Shown: piece after piece, positions 29,496 through 40,639 of the stretch | Numbering within the stretch: the stretch's first letter is position 1 | How the letters are laid out: every line of letters begins with the position of its first letter | NCBI RefSeq assembly: GCF_964355755.1 | Contig: NC_092680.1 | Location: 12,276,001-12,340,000 of the forward strand | Length of the DNA stretch: 64,000 nt | Reading direction: 5' to 3' | From: Antedon mediterranea | Lineage: Eukaryota; Animalia; Echinodermata | Made by a program: the position numbers and the translations under genes | The notes under the pieces: generated by a model | Told to the model about the DNA's origin: nothing | The model's database searches: none | What the model saw: only the letters and a program-made list of their open reading frames with translations

Positions 29496-30105
29496 CTACA
29501 TGGTCATAAACATTATGACTACAGTATGGTTGAGCTATTGTTATAAAAACTACATGGTCATAAACTTGACTACAGTATATGGTTGAGCTACTGTTATAAA
29601 AACTACACGGTCATAAACTTTATGACTACAGTATATGGTTGAGCTATTGTTATATAAACTACATGGTCATAAACATTATGACTACAGTATATGGTTGAGC
29701 TATTGTTATATAAACTACATGGTCATAAACTTTATGACTACAGTATATGGTTGAGCTATTGTTATATAAACTACATGGTCATAAACTTTATGACTACAGT
29801 ATATGATTGAGCTATTGTTATACAAACTACATGGTCATAAACATTATGACTACAGTATATGGTTGAGCTATTGTTATATAAACTACATGGTCATAAACTT
29901 TATGACTACATTATATGGTTGAGCTATTGTTATATAAACTACATGGTCATAAACTTTATGACTACAGTATATTGTTGAGCTACTGTTATACATACAAACT
30001 AGATGGTCATAAACTTTATGACTACAGTATATGGTTGAGCTATTGTTATATAAACTACATGGTCATAAACTTGACTACAGTATATGGTTGAGCTACTGTT
30101 ATATA
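29496..30105. repeat. Left subterminal tandem array, 11 units of ~56 bp containing the palindrome GTCATAAnnnTTATGAC
   Basis: GTCATAA starts at 29503, 29557, 29610, 29666, 29722, 29778, 29834, 29890, 29946, 30006 and 30062. Two copies have a shortened right arm. Confidence 0.97.
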
Positions 30106-30217
30106 CAATTATGAAATTGGTTGAAAATTAAATAATTTTTTTAGATTCATTATACATGTAAAATTCCATTAATGTGCACCCTATTGTGACAACCAGTGAG
30201 TTGTAAAACTCCCTGCA

Positions 30218-30547
30218 TTAACTTTCATTTAAAAAGTCATCTCTTAATTCTTTTAATTTAACAATAACATTGGTAGGCAATCTACTAGTTGGTGTTAAAT
30301 TAAATATACTTATCACCTCCTCCTTCGATATTATTTCTCGCCATTCTTGTCCATCTTTTTCACACAGAACAAACCGGGAAGTATACGTTCCAGTGTACCA
30401 CACTACTTCTACCTCATTGTTATTTATGCTGAATATTTTGCCTATCTGAGGCCATTCTGTGGGATATCTCCTTAAAGCTGTTGCTACCATAGCACCAACA
30501 TCGAGTTGCTGTGGTGGCTTACGCTTCGAAAATTTACCAATGTGTAC
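30218..30547 (-). CDS. Transposase last exon, possible SH3/Tudor-like beta domain
   Basis: Encodes VHIGKFSKRKPPQQLDVGAMVATAL...WPQIGKIFSINNNEVEVVWYTG... ending in TAA at 30218-30220. The fold assignment is inference. Confidence 0.75.
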   Translation of the reverse strand, partial: VHIGKFSKRKPPQQLDVGAMVATALRRYPTEWPQIGKIFSINNNEVEVVWYTGTYTSRFVLCEKDGQEWREIISKEEVISIFNLTPTSRLPTNVIVKLKELRDDFLNES

Positions 30548-33500
30548 CTAGTAGTGTGGGAGAAAGCATAGAAAAGTCATAATCATTTTTCTTACAACCC
30601 TAAAAATATAGAATTTTCGTTGATGCATTTGCTTGATGCGATTATGAGATCATATCCCAAATATAAGCACTGCTTTAAACTATGTTGCATTACATGTTTC
30701 AAAGATGTAATTTTGAAAATCTATAATATCTTTATCATACCGGTCTTATTTCATTTTCATTATCCGAGTCACTAATGTCTGTCTCGTTTCCATCAGATTC
30801 CTCCCTCATAGGGCTTGCATTGTTGTCATTAAAAATGATGTCATGGAGCAAAAATCGCTGTTCATTTCCTAAAAAAAAAGAGTACGTATTAGTTTTAAAA
30901 AGTAAATAATATACATTCATACAAAATATCATGATATATTTATGCTGAGGTGTTTGTTGCATAAAAGCTGGGCCAATACATTGCGCACCATGCTAATCAG
31001 ATGCTGATTGATTGATTTTATCTTATGAATTAATCAGGAGGCATGTTTCTCCAGTGTACTCCACTAGATATCGTTCATGTTATTTGATAATTTTAGGTTC
31101 TCACATAAAATGATCAGTGGAAGCATGCATTGGTGAATGTGACCCAACATAGTTGTGTGGAGTAAATAGTTGAATTTTGGTATAGCTGCTGAATCTATAC
31201 TAAAATCAAAATTCTCTTGTTAACCAAAAAATATATGTGTAAAATGGTGAAACATCACACATGCAATGTAGTACAGTACATACCTTCTGTGATCTCTTCT
31301 ATATTATTTAAAAATTCCTCCCACCAGTCACGTTCTTCTATTCGCAAAAAATTTGCAACAGACGCCAGACTTTTTTTTAACTTTGGTATATCTGCATTAC
31401 TAAAATCAGGAGTACACAACACTGGTATATCAGCAGGGCTTTCCTTGAGCAAATATGGAAGTGTGTCCATTTCTCTTGCACATTCATACCAAGTACAATC
31501 CGTTGACCAGTTCTTGTAGGACATGATGCATTTTCCGGTTTGAGCCAAAACAAACTTAAACTGGTGTGGTTTGCTGTGGTAACGTATGTCTTGCATGTAT
31601 GGTACTAACCAGTTCTTAATGTCATGCAGATAGGAAATGATACTTGATGTAATCGGCAACTTTTTGTACGAGTTTTCAACAGCACTTCGAAGATGATCAA
31701 GTGTAGATGCTCTATATTTGTTCAGGTATTTGGCCACACATGAAAATAATTGGTCAATATCCTCGTGAGTGTGACCCACCATTAAAAACCCAATCTTTAT
31801 CTGAAAGAGTAAAAGAAGTAATGATTTAAAATTAAAACTTTTCAAAGCAAAATAAAAAAAATACATTTTTAGTATATTTCCATTTTTTCCTCATCTAGTT
31901 AGACTAGAATGTTATTGAATATTTTATGTCTTAATAGATAATTACCAATAGTAAATTAATTAATGTCCTATTAGGCTGGTGGAAATCACCCAACACAGGG
32001 GATATTTTGTGGTGAACGAGAACAGGGTAAATGAATGATGAACTGGGTTCTTTAAAGTGCACTGTGTATACTGTTTTATTATTTATATATCATTTATAAA
32101 TGTATAGTCATTTACCTTTCGAAAAATCTTTAACTCTACAAGAAGAGCACATAGGGCAAAAACAAATCTGTTTTTATTATCCTTTCCGCTATTGTCCAAC
32201 TGCAGATATAAGACTGGTGGTAGAGGTTGTATCTCTGACAGCACCGTCAGTATAATGTTGCAGGTTAGGTTTGAGTCATGTGGAAACTGCTTTAGGTCAA
32301 TGAAGCAGTGCCCATGTCGCCCATGTACCAGAACACCAGTTACATGTGTGGCTAGTTTCCACATCTTCGACGTTTCTTTTGATTCGCAAGCAAAAGATGG
32401 TAAATCAGTCTTGCTTTGGTCCATTCCATCGATAATTATTGACAAATACTTGTTGGGATTCTGTCTTGCTTTCTGCATATGTTTATAGTACTTTCGACGT
32501 TCAATACTGAAAAATTAAAATCATATGTTTATAGTTTTATTTTGCATTTAATAATAAATTTTTGTTTTGTTTAGTTATATGTTATCTATTAGCCGATGAC
32601 AAGATGAGACAATGCTTTACTTCTAATCTATTAAAATTATTGATTAAATGTAGAGGTTTTTTGTATAATAATGATTTTGTTTATCTTTTCTCTTTTTTTG
32701 TTTACAACCACTTTTATTCATTCATTGTTCATACACAATAATTATTTTCATTTTCTACCATTTTTCCCCGTTATTTTCTGTTTTATTTCAATCACTGTTA
32801 ATTTTATTAAGTTAGAATTATTTTTAAAAACACTAATAATACTATAGAGGAGGTATACAGTGGAAGCAATAATTATTTTTCCTATCTATGGTAATACCGG
32901 GTATACAAGTTCAACAGAATTTCTTGTTGAAAGGTTTAAACTACTGGATTTGTACACAAAATAGGTAGGCATACTTACTTTTGTTTTCGTAAATGCTTCT
33001 CTCTCTTCATCATTAGTATTTGCCGTTTTTGCTTTTGATTTGTCTTGTGCAGCTCAAATTTAATTCTGGTGCATTTGCTGCATTTTGCAAAACGATTTTC
33101 CTATTAAAAAAAATTGAAAAAATACAGCACGTAAAAATATAAAATTAAACAAATTTTGCATTCAATATAGTGAATGTAGGGAAGGAGTTGTGAGGCCCAT
33201 CATACATGCATCTGGATTGTACAGTATGTTTTTCCAGTATTTTATTATGAATGAAAATTGAACCTACAGGACTTTCTGCATAACATTGAAAATACGTTAA
33301 AAAATACTTCAGTCAATGAAGATGACATGGATTTTGTCCATTGGTACAAACCATAATAAGTGTAAAAACGTAAACATACCTCAGGTATTACAATATGCTT
33401 GAATTCAACACACCAAAACTTGTAGAATGTCGCTAATGCACACACATCTTCATTTCTTAGCTCAAACTCATCTTTCATATGCATGTACACATCATGTTTG

Positions 33501-35255
33501 GTAAGCGTTGATGGTAGATGGATTTGTCCATTAGTTGGCATTTGATCACCGTATTCATTACAAAATTTAATAAACCAAGCCCGACACTGTTGAGTTGAAT
33601 TGCTATATACCATCTTTCTGGTGAAGTTGGGTGGTAAAAGATAACAGCATCCTTCTAAAAAGAAATAAAATGTAAATTTCAAATATTAGGAATTTCAAAT
33701 ACTGTACTATTTTATTATTGTTTGGTTTAATCCATTGATTAATGACTTATGATCATTTTGCATTATCTTTCTAACATAGTGTTAAGCATATTAATTTTAT
33801 TGTGTAAAAATAATTAAACAATAATCAAATGCATTCTATTCATTTAAAAAAAAGTTATTCTCCACTCCTCATCAGATCCTGCCTATGTCCCTGTATAATA
33901 CGACTATAAGTATAATGGAAAGTAATCTTCACACAGTGACAGTAATCTTTCCGTTTCAGCAACATTAAAACACATACATTAAAAGTAATATTAACAGCAT
34001 GTAAAATTAAATAATGTAAAATGTACTGTAAAACTAAACAATTAATTACCAATAGCTTGCTTCCTTATTTTGTAAAAAGTTGACCGGCCAATACCATTTA
34101 CTAACATCCATGCTTTTGCACAAACTTTGTTAGCACCAACTAGTAGACAGATTTTGGTGGCACCTCCGGATGTGCTGAGATGTTCATTGAAATATTTTAA
34201 GAATCCAACAGCGTTGTTCATATTCGGTCATTGCTTGAAAAGCTTCCCTTGTTTGTTTTATTTCTCTAAAATTTAGCATACCAATGCACATTAATGCACA
34301 ACAGCAGGTCAAATACAAGTTGTGTATTGGCTGTAGGTGATTCCTTTTCCTTTTTTCTACAGAAAGAATAAACTTACATTATCCATTGGCAAAAAAAACA
34401 AACAAACAAAATAACAATTATATGGTACCAATTGCGGAAAATGTGATCAGTCAATACGGTTTCAGAAGTTTTGGAGGTTACGTAAAACTAGGTGACTAAT
34501 TCGCATTAATATATAGATACTTTTAATTCTTTGACAAACAATTTTTTTTTCGGTTCAGATAATTCAATTTCAATTTTCGAGTGTTCAATTACAGGTTGTG
34601 CAGGTGCCTTGTTCATTAGACAGTCGTACCTATTTACATACCATACAGACATAACATTAGAACCTGACCATAGAATCAGACACAAATGGAAACAACCAGC
34701 AATGTCCATATCTTTTAGGTACAGCACAACCATCAACATCAAGCACTATTTAATAAAGTAGTTTTAAAAATTAATGACATATCAAACTTACCACTACGCT
34801 TACTTGTGTGATTAGAGATTTTAATCTCATCATCACTTGATCCAGATGAATTAAGGTAATTAGTTTCTACAGTCTCTAGGCCTCCTGTATTTCTCTTGCA
34901 GGCTAAATAAAAATATAGTAGTTTAATATTTATAGCAGCCTATGCAACATACATGTACAGTAATTCTTCATTTGGGGTAACTGGTGATTGATAGCAGACA
35001 TTTTCAAATTTTGGATAGTGGAAGATAATATTTTGATCCAGGAGCTATAGGCTTTATGGGAGGTTATTACCATTTATCCTTTTTTTTTCACCATTATTCT
35101 CATCGTTATTAATAATGAGGTTTTTGTTGTATTTTGTTATTTCTGAAGAATGCACCTTTGTAATTATTAAGTATGCTAATGATTTAAAGGTGTAGTAGGG
35201 AAGTAAATCTAAATAAATAAACTAGCCTCTATAGAGGATACTAATATCTACTGGC

Positions 35256-35290
<35 letters not shown>

Positions 35291-37258
35291 TTATTAGGCT
35301 GGCTGCTTAAAAGGTAATTCCCTATCCAACCAAGCCTAGATGAAGTTTTGTATAAAGTTGGTAGGAGCCCTACTAAGAAAGGTTAGCAAAAGCTCATGGT
35401 TAATGTTATTGCTACTGACCTGCTGATATGTCATCATCGGAAGTATCGACATCGGAAGTATCGACATCTGTTGTAGAAACCTCCCATGCTTTTCTCTCTG
35501 CTGCTGGAGGAACTTTGGTAGTTGTTACTAGACAAACAGAGTCTATGTTGTAATCAGAAAATGTGCAATTTAAACTATTATCATAGAAATAATTAGATAC
35601 ATTTATTGTTTAAAAGGGACTGCTAATTTCAATTTTTTATTTTATGATTCCAGATCAATTATTTATTTTACATATCAAAATAATTTCTTTTTTTTCCAGT
35701 AAAAAAACCCTGCCAAGGGGACATTATTTTGTTCCTGAAGCCTTAATAGGGGTTATACTGAACGTAACTAGAGGTGGTCCAGTGAAATAGAAAACGTTAA
35801 CAATGCAAACTTTTTTGTTAAGAACAATCTCAACGCACACAATTGTGTTATAAGTACGGAAAGGTAAATCAACACAAAAAAAACTATACTCAACGATAAA
35901 TGTCCCAATCGAATACGACATTGCTACCTCCCAGATCGGGCCCATAAAAACATAGGGATAGGCCTAGAGGCGGCCTCTACTCTAACCTAGTAAATAACTA
36001 CATAACATGTCATTGTATTGTTAAAGTTACTGACCTGCTGACTCTGTCGGTATGTCATCATCAGAAGTATCGACATCTGTTGTAGAAACCTCCCATGCTT
36101 TTCTCTTTGCTGCTGGAGGAACTTCGGTAGTCGAAATCCCAGTAGGTGACCCTTCTGTATCATCAACAGCAGAACATCCATTATTGATTGATTGAATTGA
36201 ACCGTTCCCACGTACAATTAGGCCTACTTCATCATCTTCACTTGAAGAATAGTAAAGCATACGCTCAGTTGGATAAGCAGTGCTGTGTGTTGTTGTTACT
36301 TGACAAACAGATACTGTATCGTAATCAGAAAATTTGCAATTTGATTAAATTATTATCATACATAATTAATTAGATATTAAATCAAGAATGATTCCACCGA
36401 AATTTTGAGTTAAAATAACGATAGTGAAGCATATGAATAGGCAAACTGCCTAAAAATTGACATGTTTTGAGAAACTATTCTCATCTTCCACCAGAACAGA
36501 AAACAACGCCTAGGCTTAAGATTACTTATATACCAATAGGACAGGTTGTATGTAAATGAGGAAGTAATTAGCATGATAAAACAACAAGGAATGTAGGCAA
36601 AAAACAATCATATGGCAAGCGTGACGCCTATTCATCAAATGCCTCACTATCGTTATTTTAAATAATTAATTATATGCCACACATGGTAAAATATTATTGA
36701 AAATGTGTATGTTTGATCATGGGACACCCTTTCCCACAAACAAGTGGATATAGGCCTATTAAGGGGGCCGGCACACATTTTGAGTGTACCTGGATGGTTG
36801 ATTACCCCTATATTAAGTTTTTTCTATCCCAAACACAGTACAGTACTACATACTAAAATTTCCATAGGAATAGGCCTAGGCTAGAGCCTATCTCTAGCTA
36901 GGCTTAGTAATAAGTAATATTTACTAGGCCCAGGCCTAGTACTAGTAGTAGTAAATAACTAGGCCTCTAGCTAGGCCTAGGCCTACCTAGGTATGAACAT
37001 TCATTGTTGTAGGCTAGGCCTATTGTATTGTTACTCACCTGCTGCTGCTGACTCTGTCTGTATGTCATCATCAGAAGTATCGAAATCTGTTGAAGAAACC
37101 TCCCATGCTTTTCTCTTTGCTGCTGGAAGAACTTCGGTAGTCGGAAGAACTTCGGTAGTCGAAATCCCAGTAGGCGACCCTTCTGTATCATCTACTCCTA
37201 GGACTAGGCCTATGCCTAGGCCTTCTTCATCGTCTTCACTTGAAGAATAGTATAGCAT
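30218..37258 (-). CDS. Spliced Sola1/DUF7869-like DDD transposase, 11 exons, ~933 aa, with one +1 frameshift (pseudogene or sequence error)
   Basis: GT-AG exons: 37258-37039, 36313-36035, 35542-35420, 34902-34792, 34356-34050 (307 nt, one extra base in the T4 run at 34195-34198), 33654-33380, 33100-32979, 32506-32116, 31800-31284, 30868-30741, 30547-30218. All are phase-compatible apart from that base. Motifs: CCC...C, VCAKAW...GI, GDQMP...IHLP, FAKCSKC...H, IIIDGMDQ, LQLDNSGKDNKN, FLMVGHTHEDIDQLFS. The start and first four exons are less certain than the core. Confidence 0.82.
31284..31800 (-). CDS. Transposase exon with the third catalytic motif
   Basis: Encodes IKIGFLMVGHTHEDIDQLFSCVAKYL...PHQFKF..., bounded by ctttcag and gtatgt. 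Confidence 0.88.
32116..32506 (-). CDS. Transposase catalytic exon (first two candidate catalytic Asp residues)
   Basis: Encodes IERRKYYKHMQKARQNPNKYLSIIIDGMDQSKTDLP...LYLQLDNSGKDNKNRFVF...KIFRK, bounded by tttttcag and gtaaat. Confidence 0.88.
33380..33654 (-). CDS. Transposase exon (GDxMP...LP region)
   Basis: Encodes CRAWFIKFCNEYGDQMPTNGQIHLPSTLTKHDVY...TFYKFWCVEF with canonical splice sites. Confidence 0.82.
35256..35290. repeat. (TAG)n microsatellite in a transposase intron
   Basis: About 11 tandem TAG units. Confidence 0.85.
36865..37022. repeat. TAGGCCTA/CTAG-rich low-complexity intron patch
   Basis: Dense cluster of TAGGCCTA, CTAG and TAGTA words. Confidence 0.7.
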
Positions 37259-37444
37259 ACGCTCAGCAGTTGGAACAGGGTGTTCTGTCGTGCCATCATC
37301 AGAAAATGATGATCGTCTTCGCTTGAGTATTGAAGCATTAGCTCAGAGTCGCTTATCATGTTCATGATATAACAAATTGATAAAAGAAATGAACAATATA
37401 CGGTTTTATGTTCATTTAACCGTCATTCGCATCTAATCTTTGGA

Positions 37445-37520
37445 AAAAGCGCGAACGAATTTGATTGGCTGCTGCAGCTGATCAACGTTATATTTCATGT
37501 GACGTCGTCAACGTCCAATG
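37445..37520 (-). promoter_or_regulatory. Putative transposase promoter elements (CCAAT box, CRE-like TGACGTC)
   Basis: GATTGG at ~37463, TGACGTCG at ~37500 and CCAAT at ~37515, in a locally CpG-rich patch ~200-260 bp upstream of the first coding exon. Confidence 0.4.
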
Positions 37521-39549
37521 CAATTACAATACTGTACTTTATTCATTTTAAAACAAACCGAAATTGTCCACTTTTCCATTACTGAATGTATCCAAACATG
37601 GATGTATTTATACAAATTGTTTTTCTGGCTGTTTTACTTTATCGTTTTGATTTAGCTTTTCGCTTTTTTTTGTATCTCTATTGAGATCCAGCCACTGATA
37701 CCCACATCATTGTCGTTGTTTCATTAATTTTCCTTTGGATTGATATAAATTAAAACATAAATTAAATAAGTTGTATATGTTTTCTCCTTATTGTGAATAA
37801 CGTTTGAATGTATTTTTTCTTGTTATTTGTAAGAGGCTATAGGCCTATAACTTGATTCGGCTGTTGAGAAAAAAAAACATATAATAATAATACATGAAAT
37901 GTAAAATAAAACATGATATGATTTAACTGTTGACGGTAAAAAACATGTTAGGGCCTATAGGCTATATAAACATAGTGTAAAATACGATATAATTTACAGA
38001 CACATAGGCTAACCATAGCAGCAGTTTTTTGTTTGTTTTTATCAAACACAGTGAAATACAAAACAATTGGCACAATGACACGAACAATAGAAGCCTCAAC
38101 AAGCCTGGCACACCCAACCCAACATATTGACTAACACCCCTATAAATAATAATGGAATAGTCCTATATTCAAATACATGCCGAAAACTCGGGTTGATCCC
38201 TGATTTAACCTAAAGCCATAGAAATGTAAACTAAAATATGCGTAGTGCATGAATATAGAGTAACAGTAACATTTCTAGTTTTTAATCTTTCTCAGTTTAC
38301 TTTTAATAATGCTTTGTTTTTTTACGTTTTGTTTTATATTTGAAGATATCAAATTTGTCAGTGGTTTGTCATGACAAATTATACTTTTTAAATATTTTTT
38401 TTAATGGTTTTTATGTATATATTTTTTTAAATATAATTATGTTTATTTACTCTTGTTGCACATCTCCCTCATTGAGACTGTGCCTCTGATAAAGAGATAC
38501 AAAAAAATTCATAACATAATTAACTGTACGCCACATTAAATCTTAAAAAAAAAGTTTATATAAACTTTAGATTCTATCATCAAAACACTTCCCCTATTAT
38601 GATCAAATCATCTTTCATGTAAACTTGGCCTATTTTTCAGAAATGAATATCCTTATAGTAATACGATGAGTGGTAAGTTCAGAGCTTGGGATTTTTTTAG
38701 GAAACAATGAGTTTGAAAGAATCCCAATTTGATTGGTCAAAATTATCGCTACTTATACGTCCGCTATAGATGGCGCTTTTTTTCATACAGATAACTACAT
38801 AAACAGAACACAATTGTTAAAGAATAATTAATAATATTAAAGAACCAATTCTTTTAATTATTCCTTGTATAAAAATTGTCCCCATGTATGGCAAGATATT
38901 CCTAATTTTATCGTATATCATCTTTAATTGTCTGTACACACGAACCATGTTATCTGTATATTTAAATGATTGTTCACACAATTTATTATATCTTATGTAG
39001 GCCTATTTTTATTGTTTTACTAAGTTTTATGATTGAAATGCAGTATAGATAACCAATTCGATAGTGCTTAGCACTCAAGAAAGGAAATTCCCACGTTGCT
39101 TTGTTGCGTTGTTTGACTGCATGAAAATTTAATAAAATAATTCTGTTCGATCCTTTTCCTTCATCTATAGGCCTATGGCTTGTGTTTTTGTAATTTCTGT
39201 GTGCATGCTATACATGTTGGCTTCGTCTATGAATTTGTTACCGATTGGCTATTTCCTTTGATTGTTAATGCGTTGGTGGTTGGTTACAATCAGGCCTGCA
39301 TATTATTTTTCAAAATTATAACATTTTAAATTTTGTTGTAAATTGATGCTTTCAATAATGATTGTAGATCATTTTCACTATTTCCAATGAGAATTATATC
39401 GTCGGCCAAGAATGAGTCTTTTTATCAATAAAAAATATTAATCTCTTTCTCTTTGAAATCTTTTGTAAGTTCATTTATATATAATATTAACAGAATTAGA
39501 GAGAGAGAGAGACAGCCTTTGTGGGTTGAAAAAAATGGATAATTTTCAA

Positions 39550-40010
39550 TATAAATCCAAATTACTGAAAAAAAGACAATGCTGTGGGTATCAGTGTGGC
39601 TGTGGGTATCAGCGGCTTGATCTTAATAAAGATACAAAATAATATAAACAAAAAGCTAAATCTAAACGATACAATTTAAACAACTAGACAAAATTAGCAG
39701 AGCTTTCGGGCAAAACTAGCCCTTCATCAGTGTGTAGAAATCAAGCGCTGCCTGAGTGGACTGGAATAAAAGAAATAAAACAAAAGAGGCATAATGCTGG
39801 TGAAAAGAGTGAGATTAGAAAACAATAAAGATAGCTTGGTATATATAAACAATTTAGAAATTGAATTAAAAATCAACTCAAATGGTGGTTAATATTGAAA
39901 CATTAAATTTAGGTAGTCGATGGAATAATTTTACCGATCTGGGAATATGTTCCTAATGTTAAGTCAAAATATTTCGTGGTTTTAAGTAGTAATTCCAAGT
40001 GGTTTTCATG
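39550..40010 (-). mobile_element. Probable Penelope-like terminal-repeat remnant
   Basis: Surrounds the hammerhead motif. Homologous inverted copies occur at ~37620-37750 and ~45235-45520, the latter repeated in the tandem units. No PLE coding sequence was recognised. Confidence 0.45.
39698..39734 (-). ncRNA. Minimal type I hammerhead ribozyme motif (Penelope-type), probably degenerate
   Basis: Minus strand reads CTGATGA-A-GGGC-TAGTTTT-GCCC-GAAA-GC-TC: core boxes, 4-bp helix II and palindromic AGCT helix III. Helix I has only ~2 bp. Confidence 0.7.
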
Positions 40011-40639
40011 GTCTGCCCTGTCGTGAAAGAACGTCTCAATTGACACATTTTAAAAAAGCTTTTTGGGCAATTTAGGGAATGATACACCTTGTGGTGCATT
40101 CGGATTTTCAATTACTTGCAATTATTGTTCATTCCGGATGATAACAAAAACACGTTTGGTTGATTATCTGAAAATTATGCAGTATGCAGTTGAGAGGTTA
40201 TTTCATGACGGGGCAGAAATGTAGGCTAATAATAATTTGTTTTGCACAATGCATGGTTAATATTAAACATCTTTTTTATGCGATTCTTCCTTATTACTTT
40301 CATTTAAACGAAACACAATTAAGTCACCTATGTGCGCTCACTTTGCTTTTTCACTTTGCAATGTTATCGATAACTTTAAACGAAGGGAGCCAACCGAAGC
40401 GCACCCGTATCATTTGGACGCAATCATAATGGGTTTTTGGACCGATGTCTTATTAACGTTCCCTTTTGTAATGAAAATTATGTATAAAGGGTTTTTTTTC
40501 GGACCGACATAAAAGTAATTCGAGATTCATGACATTTTTCGTTCTTTAATTTTTAAATGCCAAGGAGAACTAAAATTAGCAAAAGTATAGTCACGCGAGG
40601 GTTTATGAGTGCTATAGGATGCAAGTACAGCACGTTAGT

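Noticed and set aside
29496-30105. CRISPR-like array of palindromic repeats
   Set aside because: The sequences between palindromes are near-identical rather than unique spacers. There are no cas genes and the context is eukaryotic.
31217-32488. Plus-strand ORFs 31217-31519 and 32192-32488
   Set aside because: Antisense shadows of transposase exons.
34506-34742. Additional transposase exon
   Set aside because: The flanking exons already join in phase 1. The apparent donor here is phase 0 and would break the frame. It remains possible as an alternative exon.
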